NCBI RefSeq assembly: GCF_964213995.1
Contig: NC_135806.1
Span: 113,522,001 to 113,586,000 of the forward strand
Source: Mustelus asterias
Taxonomy: Eukaryota
Direction of reading: 5' to 3'
DNA length: 64,000 bases
Made by a program: the position numbers and the translations under genes. This document shows, in pieces, positions 1 through 12,830 of the stretch (its first letter is position 1; the number at the start of each line of letters is the position of its first letter). Under the pieces are notes generated by a model, which ran no database searches, had not been told where the DNA came from, and saw only the letters and a list, made by a program, of their open reading frames with translations.

Positions 1-680
1 TAGTGCCAAGCTCAAAAGTGTTGTTGGAACTGCACTCATCCAGGTCAGTGTAGATTATTCCATCGTGCTCCTGACTTGTGCCTTGTAAATGGTGGACAAA
101 TATTGGAAAGTCAGAAGACGAGTTGCTCAACACAGAATTTCCCTTTCTCTGACATACTGTTCCATGCTGTAAACCTCTATGACTCTAACCATAATATTTA
201 TATAACTGGTCCGGTTAGGTTTCTGATCATTGGAAGATGTTAATGGTGGGGGTCAGTAATGACACAATGTCAAGAGCAGAAAGTTAGATTCTCTTTTGTT
301 GGGGATCATTACCTGACAAGCCTGAATGTTGTCTAGCTCTTGTTGCATATGGATATGGACTGTTGCAATATCTGAGGAGTTATGAAGGGGACTGAGTAAT
401 GCTCAATCATCAGTGCACATCCAGACACCTAACCTCATGAAGGAGGGAAGGGAATTGATGAAGCAGCTGAATATGGTAAAGCTGAGGACATTGCCCTGAG
501 GGAGCTCCTACAGGGATGTTCTGGGGCCGAGATAATTAGCCTCCAACAACCAAAACTATCTTCCTTTGCACTAGCTGGAGAGTTTCCAACCAGTAGAGAG
601 TTTTCCCCAAATCGCATTGACTTCACTTTTACTAGGGCTCCTTGACGCCACCGTTGGTCAATTGCTACCATGAAGGTCAA
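1..680 (-). mobile_element. Degraded CR1/L2-clade LINE fragment
   Basis: Resembles the decayed LINE RT fragments at 62420-63430 and 18790-19500; many stop codons. Confidence 0.5.
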
Positions 681-1399
681 GGGATGCCATTTTGGAATTT
701 AGCCTTTTTGTCCAAATTTAGGATTGTTTATTGCAGAGAACACTGCTCCAGCACCTTCTGAGTTCCACTGGATGGACTGCAAGATCCCTGGGACCTAAAG
801 CAGCATTAATAGCCACAAACACCCTGCTGAGTTTCCCTACTGAACATTATTCCTTGGCTGTGATAGCCCGAGGATGCGAAATATGGTATACTGTTTTATA
901 TTCCTTGCTGGCAGCTTTACATGGAATTAACAGCCCAGACACAAGCCATTTGGCCCACTCATTTATTTTGGAGTTTACGTTCCACACAAGCCTCCACCCA
1001 CCCTTCTTGATCACACTATCAGGGTAACCTTCAGCTTCTTTCTTCGTGTATTTATCAAGTTCCTTTAATATATGTATACTAGAATCATAGAATGGTTACA
1101 AATAGGAGGCCATCCAGTACATTATATTTGTCAGTTCTCTGCAACAGCAATTCAACTTGCCCATCTCAACATTTTTCCTATAGCCCTGTACAATCTTTTC
1201 TCCTCATTATTATCCAGTTCCTTTTTGAAAACCACAACTAAATCTGTCTCCACCATTCAGGAAGATCCAAACAACTTGCTACATAAGAAAGTTTTATTCA
1301 TGTCATGTCTGGTTCTTTCATCAATTGCTTTAGGGTTCTAGACATTTACGCTATCCAGACCCCTCATGATTTTGAGCATGTCTAACAAATCTACTCTTC

Positions 1400-3340
1400 T
1401 CCAGAACACAACACAAGAAATATAAGGAATAGGCCTTCAAGTCTGCGCTGCCATTCAATACGAGCATGGTTGATCTATGCTAGCTTCAATTCCTTTTCTG
1501 TGCCATTTGCCCATAGCTCATTTTTTGGTCTGTCAAATATTTATCCACCTCCACTTTAAATACTTCTAATGATCCAGCCTCCACTACCCTTTGGGGCAGA
1601 GAATTCCAGAAATTCACCATCCTCTGCGAGAAGAGGTTTCACTTCAGTTTTATATTATCTGCCCTTTATCTTGTAGCTATATCCCCTTGTTCAAGACTCT
1701 CCCACCAGTGAAACCATCTCACCATCTACCCTGGCAAGCTCCCTTAGGACCTTATATGTTTGAATAAGGTACCCTCACTCAAAGGAATACAGACCCAGAC
1801 TATTTAGTCTCTCTTGATTGGGCAACCCTCTCATCCCAGAAATTTGCCTGGTGAATCTGCTTTGGACTGCCTCTAATGTTGCTATACCCTTTTTAAGATA
1901 AGGGAACCAAAACTATATGCAGTTTTCCAGGTGAGGCCTCATGTACACCCTGTACAATTGCAACAAAACCTCCCTTTTTTAAACTCCAACCCCTTTGCAA
2001 TAATGGCCAAAATGCCATTTGCCTTCTTAACTACTTGTTGGACCCGCTTACTAGCTTTTTGTGACTCATGCAGCGGAACACCTACATCTCTCTGTACTTC
2101 ACTCACCTGCAGTCTCTCTCCATTTAGATAATAATCTGTCTTTTGATTCTTCCTACCAAAGTGCATGACCTCTCACTTCCCCACATTAAACTCCATTTGC
2201 CAGGTTTTCGCCCAGTCATCCAATCTATCGATATTCCATTGCAGAATCACAACATCCTGATCACAACACACCTTTCCACCTATCTTCGTATCATTGTCAA
2301 ATTTGGAAACCTTATATTCTGTTCCTTCCTCCAGGTCACTAATGTAAATAGTGAGCAATTGTGGGCCAAGGACTGATCCCTGCAGCACTCCACTAGTTAC
2401 ATCGTTCCATTCTGAAAATGACCCATTTGTTCCAACACTGTTTTCTACGTGATACAGTAAGAAGTCTCACAACACCAGGTTAAAGTCCAATAGGTTTATT
2501 TGGTAGCACAAGCCACTAGCTTTTGGAGCGCTGCTCCTTCATCAGCTAAGTGGGAGTTCCCACTTATCTGATGAAGGAGCACAGCGCTCTGAAGGTTAGT
2601 GGCTTGTGCTACCAAATAAACCTGTTGGACTTTAACCTGGTGTTGTGAGACTTCTACGTGATAGCCAGTTTACAATTCATGCTAACATATTTCCTCCAAT
2701 TTCATGGGCTTTTACTTTATGCACTGGCCTCTTATGCAGCACCTTGTCAAATGTCTTTTGGAACCCTGAATATATTACATCTTCAGGTTCCTCTCTATCT
2801 ACTCTCCCTGTTATCCTCAAAGAATTTGAACAAATTTGTCAAATATGATTTACCTTACATTGTTTGATGATAGGTTTGATTATATTCAGCTTTTCTAAAT
2901 GATTAGCTATTTCCTCTGATTATTGACTCCAGCATCTTGCCAATAATAGATATTAAACCAACCGGCCTATAGTTCCTGCCTTCTGCCTTTCTCCGTTTTT
3001 GAACAAGGGCGTCACATTGGCTGTTTTCCAATCTTCAGGTATCTTCCCTGAATTTAGCAAGTTATACAAAATTTCAACCAATGGATCCACTATCTCTGCA
3101 GTCAATTCCAGTAAAACCCGAGCATGCAGTTCATCGGATCCTGGCGACTTGTCCATCTTTAGCCCATTGTGCTTCTCTTATACTCTATCCTTTGTGATTG
3201 GGATTTTTGTAAGTTCCACCATGTTATTTGAAATCATTCCGTCTGATAACTTAGGGATCTTTGCAATGTCTTCCATGTTGAAGACTGATGCAAAGAATTT
3301 AATTAGCATATCCGCCATTTATTTGTTGTTACTAATTCAC
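1400..3340 (-). mobile_element. Decayed CR1 LINE (ORF2 RT and 3' end), interrupted by a PLE hairpin at 2455-2651
   Basis: ORF fragments KSPGSDELHARVL..PEDWKTANVTPLFK, QGSVLGPQL..SKFDNDTK and MHFGRKN match CR1 RT motifs. Confidence 0.9.
2455..2651. mobile_element. ~200-bp palindromic Penelope-like pseudo-LTR insertion with two opposed, decayed hammerhead motifs
   Basis: The arms are reverse complements around ~2556; TSD TTCTACGTGATA at 2443-2454 and 2652-2663; CTGATGA at 2568-2574. Confidence 0.85.
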
Positions 3341-4469
3341 TCGCCTCATTCAGGAAAGGTCCTTCTCCAAAGAGAACAGCTCCATCACTCACCTCGTTCA
3401 GTAGAGGTCCTTCTTCAAGGAGAACAGCTCCATCTTCGCCAATCTATCCATATCACTCAAATCTTTCATCCTCTGAACTGTTCTCATAAATCTTTTCTGT
3501 GCCCTTTCTAAAACCTTTATATCCTTCCTACTGAGGCTGAACCAGTATTTTATGAAGGTTCATAACTTAGTTGCTGTTGCACTCTTGTGTCCCTATTTAT
3601 AAAATCCAGGATTCAGTAACTGTTTCATCAACCTGCCCTGCTACCTTTAATAATTTACGCACATATAGATCCAGGTCACTCTGCTCCTGCATTTCCCTTA
3701 GAATTGTATCCTTTATTGTATGTCACCTTTGCTCATTCTTCTAACCAAAATGTATCGCTTTACACTTCTCTAAATATCATCTATAACACGTCTGCCCATT
3801 CCACCAGCCTGTCTATATCCTCTTGAAGTCTATCACTATCCTCACAGTTCACAATATTTCCACATCTCGCAAATTTTGAAATCATGCTCAGCACATCCAG
3901 GTTGTAAATATAACTCAAGAAAAGCAGTGTCCCCTCTGTATACCATTCCTCAGTCAGAAGAAACTTTTCTGTAATTCATGTTTTTAATTGGCTTGAATTA
4001 AATAATTAAACTGCTGCATAATGAAATTCTAACAATGCTAAAGATTAATGATTGAAAATACCTCAAGGTTTGAAATAGAATGCCTACCGGCACTTTTCAC
4101 TTAATATATTTTACTTAAAAAGAAAGTTTTACTGACATTTGGTGTCTCAGATGGTTAACAGTAGTAGATTTAGAAATGATATGGTCAACTCATTTTCTTA
4201 GAGCACCAGCACCTCAAAATGTTTCACTACACCCCTGTTCATTGGAATGTTTTGAGTGTTAATATATTCTTGCATTATATTATTGATGGAAAGTAGTTTC
4301 TAAGGTCTGCTCACGAGGGAGAAATGTCTCAAAAAGGTGCTGTCAACAGTATAACTCAGGTCAATTAACTATGCATTGTGCTCTTATGGATACTTATACA
4401 AGCTTTTTTATGGCCCATCGATGGCAATTAGTTTCAATTCAAACTGAAAATTTCCAAAGTTCCAATCAT

Positions 4470-5790
4470 TAGACTAGTAACCTGAGGCTCAGGTTAATGT
4501 TCCGTGGGCATGGGTTCTAATCAAACCAGGGCAGCAGGTGGAATTTCAATTAAATCAATAATTCCAGAATATAAAGCTAATATTAGTAATGGCCACCATG
4601 AATCTATCATAGGTTGTTGTAGTGGTGTTCCGCAGGGCTCTGTACTGGGACCTCTGCTATTTGTGATATATATAAATGATTTGGAAGAAGGTGTAACTGG
4701 TGTTATCAGCAAGTTTGCGGATGACACCAAGTTGGCTGGACTTGCGAATAGCGATGAACATTGTCAGACAATACAGCAGGATATAGATAGGCTGGAAAAT
4801 TGGGCAGAGAAATGGCAGATCGAATTTAATCCAGATAAATGCAAAGTGATGCATTTTGGAAGAACTAATGTAGGGGGGAGTTATACAATAAATGGCAGAG
4901 CCATCAAGAGTATAGAAACACAGAGGGACCTAGGTGTGCAAGTCCACAAATCCTTGAAGGTGGCAGCACAGGTGGAGAGGGTGGTGAAGAAGGCATATGG
5001 TATGTTTGCCTTTATAGGACAGGGTATAGAGTATAAAAGCTGGAGTCTGATGTTGCAGCTGTATAGAACGCTGGTTAGGCCACATTTGGAGTACTGCGTC
5101 CAGTTCTGGTCGCCGCACTACCAGAAGGACGTGGAGGCTTTAGAGAGAGTGCAGAGAAGGTTTACCAGGATGTTGCCTGGTATGGAGGGTCTTAGCTATG
5201 AGGAGAGATTGGGTAAACTGGGCTTGTTCTCCATGGAAAGACGGAGAATGAGGGGAGACCTAATAGAGGTGTACAAAATTATGAAGGGTATAGGTAGGGT
5301 GAACAGTGGGAAGCTTTTTCCCAGGTCGGAGGTGACGATCACGAGGGGCCACGGGCTCAAGGTGAGAGGGACGAGGTATAACTCAGATATCAGAGGGACG
5401 TTTTTTACACAGAGGGTGGTGGGGGCCTGGAATGCACTGCCAAGTAGGGTGGTGGAGGCAGACACGCTGGCATCATTTAAAACTTACCTGGATAGTCACA
5501 TGAGCATTCTGGGAATGGAGGGATACAAACGAATGGTCTAGTTGGACCAATGAGCGGCACAGGCTTGGAGGGCCGAAGGGCCTGTTTCCTGTGCTGTACT
5601 GTTCTTTGTTCGTAAATAACCCATCAGATTCACTAACGCTCTTTAGGTAAGGAAATCTGTCATCCTTACCTGTGTGGCCTAAGTGTGACTATTAACTATC
5701 CTTTGTAGTGGCCTAGCGAGTCACTCAAGGGCAGTTAGAGATGGGTAACAAATGTTGGCCTTGCTAGTACTCCCACATCCCATGAAAGAA
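4470..5790 (+). mobile_element. SINE-like repeat with a CR1-type tail, split by the CR1 insertion at ~4620-5610
   Basis: The 5' part (4470-4620) and 3' part (5612-5790) together match the minus-strand repeats at 21385-21725 and 22283-22620. Confidence 0.6.
4620..5610 (+). mobile_element. 5'-truncated young CR1 (HER1-like) LINE with an open ORF2 C-terminal part
   Basis: ORF 4504-5541 has SGVPQGSVLGPLLF, KFADDTK and RPHLEYCVQFWSP, uninterrupted to the stop; CR1 3' UTR hairpin and short tail repeat. Confidence 0.95.
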
Positions 5791-5936
5791 TAAAGAAAAG
5801 AAACCCTCCTATTTGGGTGTAACATCCATCTAAGCAAATACCTTTACACCATCGGGAATAAAGCAGTTTATTCAATCAGTATCAATGGGCCAAAGGTCCG
5901 TGAGCAACTATTTAAAAAATCCATGAACAATGTGCC

Positions 5937-5991
5937 AGCATCTCCACAGATGCTGTAAGACCTGCTAAGATTTTCCAGCATTTTCTGTTTT
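5937..5991 (+). mobile_element. Tiny fragment of a second PLE family (3' terminus) with a short inverted 5' end
   Basis: Matches ~39235-39290; CAGCATCT...AGATGCTG inversion; TGTGCC direct repeat at 5931-5936 and 5992-5997. Confidence 0.55.
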
Positions 5992-6813
5992 TGTGCCCAG
6001 TCTTGGATTCTATATCTCACTTGCCCAAGGGAAAAATCCATAAAGTATATCGCAAAGGACAATTAACTCCATAGTATCATCCTATTCAAACCAGATCAGT
6101 TGTTTTCTTCGTACAGGATTTCCAAGGTCCCAGCAACAAAAGAACCATTTCATATTTAATTAATCTCCACAAACTTTAATTCTGTTTTGAACCAGATTTC
6201 TTCTTTTTATCCACTCAGCAATTCTGGGTAAACATCATAAACATTTAGCCTCAACTATTCATCATATTTATTATCAGCTTTGATGATGGGATAGAATGAT
6301 CTATGGAGATCCATCAAAGATGCCATAAGACAATACCGGACCAAGCTAGAATGCCAGGCTAGCCACACGGACTCCCATCGATTATGGCAAGGTCTGCAAA
6401 ACATAACAGACTACAAGATGAAGACAGGTAAAATCGGCAGCTCCAATGCACCCCTCCCCCTTGAGCTCAACGCATTCTAATCCTGTTTTGAGCAAGAGGT
6501 CAGCAAGAGCATGCCCTCCATCCCAGAAGCCTTGGACGAACCTATATTCAAGGTCACCGTTACCGACGTCAGAGCAGCCTTCTCAAAAGTCAATCCACGG
6601 AAAGCAACTGGTCCAGATGAGATACCCTGACGAGCACTCAGGTTCTGCGCGGACCAGCTGGTGAGGATATTCGCAGACATCTTCAACCTCTCTTTACACC
6701 AATCTGAGGTCCCTTCCTGCTTCAAGAAGACGACCATCATCCTGGTACCAAAGAAAAGTAAGAACTCTCACAACACCAGGTTAAAGTCCAACAGGTTTAT
6801 TTGGTAGCAAATA

Positions 6814-6850
6814 CCATAAGCTTTCGGAGCGCTGCCCCTTCGTCAGATGG
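6814..6850 (-). ncRNA. Minimal hammerhead ribozyme, inverted copy (same sense as the TBCA pre-mRNA)
   Basis: Exact reverse complement of 7526-7562. Confidence 0.75.
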
Positions 6851-7525
6851 AGTGAAAATCTGTTCTCCAACAGTGCACAGAGACACAACATCAAGTTACA
6901 GAATACTAATTAGAATGCAAATCTCTACAGCCAGCCAGGTCTTAAAGGTACAGATAATGTGGGTGGAGGGAACATTAAACACAGGTTAAAGAGATGTGTA
7001 TTGTCTCCAGACAGAACAGCTAGTAAGATTCTGCAAGATCAGGAGGCAAGCTGCGGGGGTTACTGATAATGTGACATAAATCCAACATCCCGGTTTAGGA
7101 CGTCCTCATGTGTGCGGAACTTGGCTATCAGTTTCTGTGGGGGAGCACTTCAGCAGTCACGGGCATTCAGCCTTGGATCTTCAGGTAAGTGTTCTCCAAG
7201 GCGGCCTTCACGACACACGACAGCGCAGAGTCGCTGAGCAGAAACTGATAGCCAAGTTCCGCACACATGAGGACGGCCTAAACCGGGATGTTGGATTTAT
7301 GTCACATTATCAGTAACCCCCACAGCTTGCTTCCTGATCTTGCAGAATCTTACTAGCTGTTCTGTCTGGAGACAATACACATCTCTTTAACCTGTGTTTA
7401 ATGTTCCCTCCACCCACATTATCTGTACCTTTAAGACCTGGCTGGCTGTAGAGATTTGCATTCTAATTAGTATTCTGTAACTTGATGTTGTGTCTCTGTG
7501 CACTGTTGGAGAACAGATTTTCACT

Positions 7526-7562
7526 CCATCTGACGAAGGGGCAGCGCTCCGAAAGCTTATGG
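7526..7562 (+). ncRNA. Minimal type I hammerhead ribozyme (intact core)
   Basis: CCAU-CUGACGA-A-GGGGC(AGC)GCUCC-GAAA-GC-U-U^AUGG: conserved CUGANGA/GAAA core, 5-bp stem II, palindromic AGCU stem III, stem I CCAU/AUGG. Confidence 0.8.
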
Positions 7563-8899
7563 TATTTGCTACCAAATAAACCTGTTGGACTTTAACCTGG
7601 TGTTGTGAGACTTCTTATTGTGCTTACCCCAGTCCAACGCCGGCATCTCCACATCATGACCAAAGAAAAGCCAGGCAACATGTCTTAATGGCTATTAAGC
7701 CATTATGTCTGGTGGCTCTGACATCCATCATTATGAAGTGCTTTGAAAGGTTAGTCATAGCATGAATCAATTCCTGCCTGCCAGACTGCCTAGATCCACT
7801 ACAATTCACCTATCGCTGCAACAGGTCCACAGCAGACACCATCTCCCTGGACCTACACTCAGCCCTGGAACACCTAGACAACAAAGACACTTATGTCAGA
7901 CTCCTATTCATAGGCTACAGCTCAGTCTTTAACACCACTATTCCTACGAAATGCATCTCCAAACTTCGTGGCCTGGGGCTCAGCTCCTCCCTCTGCAACT
8001 GGATCCTAGACTTCCTAACCCACAGACCGCAGACAGTAAGGACAGGCAACAACACCTCCTCCGTGTTTATCATCAACACCAGTGCTCTGCAAGGCTGTGT
8101 CCTCAGCCCCTTATTATACTCCTTATACAGCTTTGACTGTACAGCCAAATTCCCCTCCAACTCGATTTTCAGGTTTGCTGATGTCACCACCATTGTGGGT
8201 CAGATCTCAAACAATGACGAGACACAGTACAGGAAAGAGTTAGAGAATCTAGTGAGCCGGTGCCACAACAATAATCTCTCCCTCAATGTCAACAAAATGA
8301 AAAAGATAGTCATCGACTTCAGGAAGTGTACTGGAGGACATGCTCCTGTCTACATCAATGGGGACAAAGTAGAAATGGTTGAGAGCTTCAAGTTTTTATG
8401 TATCCAGATCATCAATAAGCTGCCCTGGTCCTCCATGCGGACATTATAATTAAAAAAGCCCACCAATGCCTCTACTTTCTCAGGAAATTTGATATATCTG
8501 CTACAACAATCACCAACTTCTACAGATGCACCATAGAAAGCATTCTTTCTGGTTATATCACAGCTTGGTATGGATCCTGCTATGTTCAACACCGCAAGAA
8601 ATTATAAAGGGTCATACTCTCTTCCATCTTCTTCCTTCAGGAAAATTATACAAAAGTCTGAGATCATGTACCAACCAAGAACAGCTTCTTCCCTTCTGTG
8701 AGCAGACTTTTGAATGGACCTACCTCATATTAAGTTGATCTTTCTCTACATCCCAGCTATGACTGTAACACTACATTCTTCACTCTCTCCTTTCTTTCTC
8801 TATGCACAGTATGCTTTGTCTGTATGGTGCGCAGGAAACAATACTTTTCACTGTATATTAATGCATGTGACAATAATAAACCAAATCAAAGAAAGCCAC

Positions 8900-10580
8900 A
8901 GATCTAAATTTGCCAATGATGCAAAGATATTGTAATCTATGCAGATAAAAACATAAAATTACAATGAATTATTGATAGATTAAGGAAAACTGTGGCAAAT
9001 AGATTTCTATGTAGACAAACACGAGATCATCCAAATAAAGGACAAAATAGGGTACTTTCCAAATGGGGAAAAACTAGAAACTGAATAGGTCCAGGTTCAT
9101 GGATTATTAAAAAGTAATGAGGAGGTACAGAAAATAATCAAAAAGACCAAAGGAATGCTGGCCTTTACATCTAGAGTGCTAAAATAAAAGGGTTATAGTA
9201 GTCATGCTTCAGTGATACCAATCTTGGTTAGACCACATCTGGAGTAACGTGAGCAGTTCTAGGCATCCCACCATAGGAAGGATATAGTGACCTTGGAAAG
9301 GGTGCAGTGCTAGTATACTAGCATTATACCTGGACTCCAATGATTAAATTATCAGGAGAGATGATACAAACTGGCATATTCCTTGAAATTTAGACTGTTG
9401 GGGATGATTTGATCATAGTTTTCAAGATGTTATGGAAAACAGTCAATCGAGTCAACTGGCAAATGGAGTTTAACGTGGGGAAATATGACATCATGCACTT
9501 CAGTAGGAGGAACGAAAAGGCAGATTATCTAAATGGAGAGAGACTGCTGGTGAGTGAAGTACAGAGGGATATAGCTGTTCTAGTATATGAATCATAAAAA
9601 GCTAGCAGGTAGGTCCAACAAGTAGTTAAGAATGCAAACAGCATTTTTGGTCTTTATTGCAAAGGGGTTGGAGTTTAAAAATAGGAAGGTTTTGTTGTAA
9701 TGGTACAGGCCTCACCTGGAATACTGTGTAGAGTTTTGGTCCCTTACCTAAAAAAGGATATAGTATCATTGGAGACTGTCCAAAGGAGATTCACCAGGCT
9801 AATTCCTGGGATGAGAGGGTTGTCCTATCAAGAGAGACGAAATAGTCTAGGTCAGTATTCCTTGGAGTTTAGAAGGGTGAGGGGCATTTTATTCAAATAT
9901 ATAAGATCCTGAGGAGGCTTGACAGGATAAATGGTGAGATGTTTTCAGTAGTGGGAGAGAGTCCTGAACAAGGGGGCATACCTACAAGATAAAGGGCCGG
10001 TCATTAAAACTGAGGTGCATAGAAATTTCTTATGGCAGAAGAAATCACTGGAATTCTTTGCCCCAAAGGGTAGTGGAGGCTGGATCATTAGAAGTATTTA
10101 AAGTGGAGGTGGATAAATATTTGACAGATCTGAGAGGGGAAATGGCACATAAAAGGAGTTGAGGCCAGCATAGATCAGCCATGATCGTACTGAATGATGG
10201 GGCAGGCTTGAAGGGCCTAGTGGCCTACTCCTGTCTCTATTTCTTGTATTCTGATGTGAAAGAAACTATTACTGTTGGTAAGGGTGTCTGGGACCAGGGA
10301 CATAGTCTAAAAATTAGAGCCAAACTTTTCAGGAACAAAATTTTGAAACACCTCTACAAACAAAAGATGGTAAAGGTTTGATTTCCCTTTCATAAACTGT
10401 AATTGATGCTAGATCAATTGTTCATTTTAAATTGGCGTTTGATAGAATTTTATGATCCACAGACGCTAAAGAATATGGGGCAAATGCAATATATGGAGTT
10501 AGGTCACAGATCAACCATGATTTCACAACAGCGGAACAGGCTCGAGCAGCTAAATGGTCTACTCCTGATCCTTTGTTCCT
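8900..10580 (+). mobile_element. Nested, decayed CR1 3' fragments
   Basis: WQMEFNVGK..MHFSRRN and VQRRFTRLIPGMRGLSYQER motifs; two CR1 3' UTRs. Confidence 0.8.
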
Positions 10581-11942
10581 ATCAGCCACTCACATATAAG
10601 GTCTCCACCTTTATTGAGGATGAGGCTATTCAGAGAGTCTGGTCAGGAGAAGACAAATTGAGGTGGTATATGGTTCTGCACATCACCTCATGTGTGCCTA
10701 GTTTTGAACTGCTAGATCTATGCCTAATCTATCCCGCTGAGCACATTGTAGTGCTACACGATGCATTAGAGAATATCCTTGGTGTGAAGACAGAATATAG
10801 TTTCCACAGAGACTGGAGAAAAAAATAAATCTTATTTCTTCCTGTAACACTAGAAATGGCAAAGGGTTCTTTGCTATTAATCAATACTTTCTCCCCATTG
10901 GTATATAATGAAAGGTTCTTTCATAGTCAAGGCTCAGATGTGTAATTATGGTATGCCAACAACATTTAAATATGAGTGTTAAAAGAATGTTACAGATAAA
11001 CTAAAAGGATTGCACTGTGAATTGTTTTAGGCTTATTCTAATCTACTGATGTCAGTTTGGTTTAATCAACACTAAACTATCAGCCTAAATTAGCACCACA
11101 CTGACAGTTTTTTTTTAGCCTTGAGCGTACACTATAGATTCTCAAACCTGTGCAGATCACTTAGAACTGGTCCCAACCATACCCAATCAAGACATAACTA
11201 ATATTGCTTCGGTCAATTTTTAAAATTAAATTATAGATAGCTCATGATTGATGAGATTTAAAATTTTGTTCTCAATTCCTTTAATTCATATGGCCAATTG
11301 TGCATTTTGTGATCATTGCACTGACTTGTCAATCTCCACACCCAATTTTTTTTAAAAAGTCACATGAATAAAGCAACAAAAAATTCCTGCACAGATGTCA
11401 AATATGAACATAAATTTACCCCTCCTTGATACCTATTAATCCAGTCAAGTGGAATTGCAATCTACAATCAGATACTTTTGCTATATATGAAGCATTTCGC
11501 TTGAACAGGGTGACCTACCATGGGATTTACCGAAAGGCAGAACATGACAACTTGCGTTGTCAGTACATTATTCATCTATTTGGTGATTGCCACCACTTTT
11601 TAAAGATCAATTATAAATTTAGCAGCATGGCTTAATACAAATTAGTGATAGAGTCATTTATGACACACATTTGGCCTATCAAGTCAATGCCAGAGTTGCT
11701 TAAGGACAAAAAGGAATGTGACTATCTTTCTTTTAACTACTTGCACGTCGCTTACTTGAATTGATTTTGTCTGTCTTTATATTAATCTCCAGTTCTTCCT
11801 TTAAATCTTTTCCATGAATGGCTCACCCCAATCTCACTGTTTCTCATTTTCAAAGTCTGTTCTTTCTTCTGTACATCCCCCACTTCTGTACGTCCTCACA
11901 GTTTTTCTCTTTAACATTAAAAGACTGCCTCCATCAGAAACA

Positions 11943-12159
11943 GTAAGAAGTCTCACAACACCAGGTTAAAGTCCAACAGGTTTAATTGATATCATGAGCT
12001 TTCGGAGCACTGCTCCTTCAGCAGGTGAGCCGCTCACCTGATGAAGGAGCAGCGCTCCAAAAGCTCATGATAGCAAATAACCCTGTTGGACTTTAACCTG
12101 GTGTTGTGAGACTACTTACTGTGCTTACCCCAGTCCAATGCCGAAAACTCCACATCATG
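11943..12159. mobile_element. ~215-bp palindromic PLE pseudo-LTR insertion with two opposed hammerhead motifs (one core mutation each) and a 3' tail
   Basis: Symmetry centre GTGAGC-C-GCTCAC at ~12031; CTGATGA at 12038-12044; TSD TCCATCAGAAACA at 11930-11942 and 12160-12172. Confidence 0.85.
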
Positions 12160-12619
12160 TCCATCAGAAACATTTCATTCCAAGTAAAGGCTGGAAACAC
12201 AGTCCAATCGCCATCAACATTACTAATTTTTCCTGAAACAGCACTTTGTTGGCCTAGTTTTGTATCTTTCTGGTAAAATTGGAAGATGTCTTTGCGAGAA
12301 AATGAAGGACAGCTGGTGTTTATTTCAATCCTGGTTTTGATTCCAATATGTCCTTTACTGAACCACTGAAAGGAAACTTTGAGTTTAAAAGACACTACAT
12401 GAGAGCGATAAAAGCCAGGGAAACAGAGAGTTGGATATATAGTCATTTTTAAAAATCTTTATACTTCAAAGACATGTTAATCTCCGCTCTGATGAGAGTT
12501 CTTCCTACAGTTTCACAAATATCTTTTTAAAAACTGAAAATTTGAAAACTAAATAAAAGCTGCAACAAGCGTCGTACGTACAACAATGTTAACAATTTTT
12601 AAAACAGTATTAGCTCGAT

Positions 12620-12830
12620 TCAAAGATGTGCAGGTTAGGTGGATTGGCCATGCTAAATTGCTGCTTAGTATGCAGGGATTTGTAAATTAGATGGATTAGC
12701 CACGGTAAATGAGTGGGGTTACGGAGATGGGGCAGGGGGTGTTGGCCTGGGAAAGATGCTCTTTCAGAGAGTCAGTACAGACCCAATGGGCCAAATGGTT
12801 TCCTTCTGCACTGTAGGGATTCTATGATTC
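12620..12830 (+). mobile_element. HE1-like V-SINE, 3' part
   Basis: CAAAGATGTGCAGGTTAGGTGGATTGGCCATGCTAAATTG core and CTGTAGGGATTCTATGATTC tail shared with other copies. Confidence 0.8.

Larger units (their letters stand above)
6759..7658 (+). mobile_element. 5'-truncated Penelope-like element with a ~380-bp inverted pseudo-LTR and the GIY-YIG endonuclease C-terminus
   Basis: Arms ~6759-7137 and ~7241-7617 give identical 62-aa ORFs on opposite strands. ORF 7110-7316 (HFSSHGH..R..EQKLI..THEDGLNRD) resembles the PLE endonuclease C-terminus. TSD ACCAAAGAAAAG at 6747-6758 and 7659-7670. Confidence 0.9.
6290..8890 (+). mobile_element. Rex1/Babar-type LINE (decayed RT), interrupted by a PLE at 6759-7658
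   Basis: [34 protein letters not shown] motifs; AAATC-type 3' tail at ~8880. Confidence 0.85.

Noticed and set aside
3347-3435. ~48-bp direct repeat as a CRISPR-like array
   Set aside because: Only two adjacent imperfect units with no spacers, in a eukaryotic LINE context; a simple tandem duplication.
4504-5541. 345-aa ORF (and the 368-aa, 485-aa and 244-aa ORFs) as host or novel reverse-transcriptase genes
   Set aside because: They are 5'-truncated CR1 ORF2 fragments with LINE 3' tails, and several start codons come from unrelated flanking DNA.
6801-7575. Two identical 62-aa ORFs on opposite strands as a duplicated small gene
   Set aside because: A by-product of the PLE inverted repeat; antisense to the pseudo-LTR.
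2455-12159. Hairpins as pre-miRNA genes or cut-and-paste MITEs
   Set aside because: The sequence matches the PLE terminus linked to an endonuclease fragment. TSD lengths are long and variable, and the ends are asymmetric.
11760-12446. Possible exon (TBCA exon 2 or another gene) on the minus strand after TTTCCTTTCAG
   Set aside because: No similarity to TBCA or any protein I recognise; it is interrupted by a PLE and reaches a stop soon after the insertion is removed.
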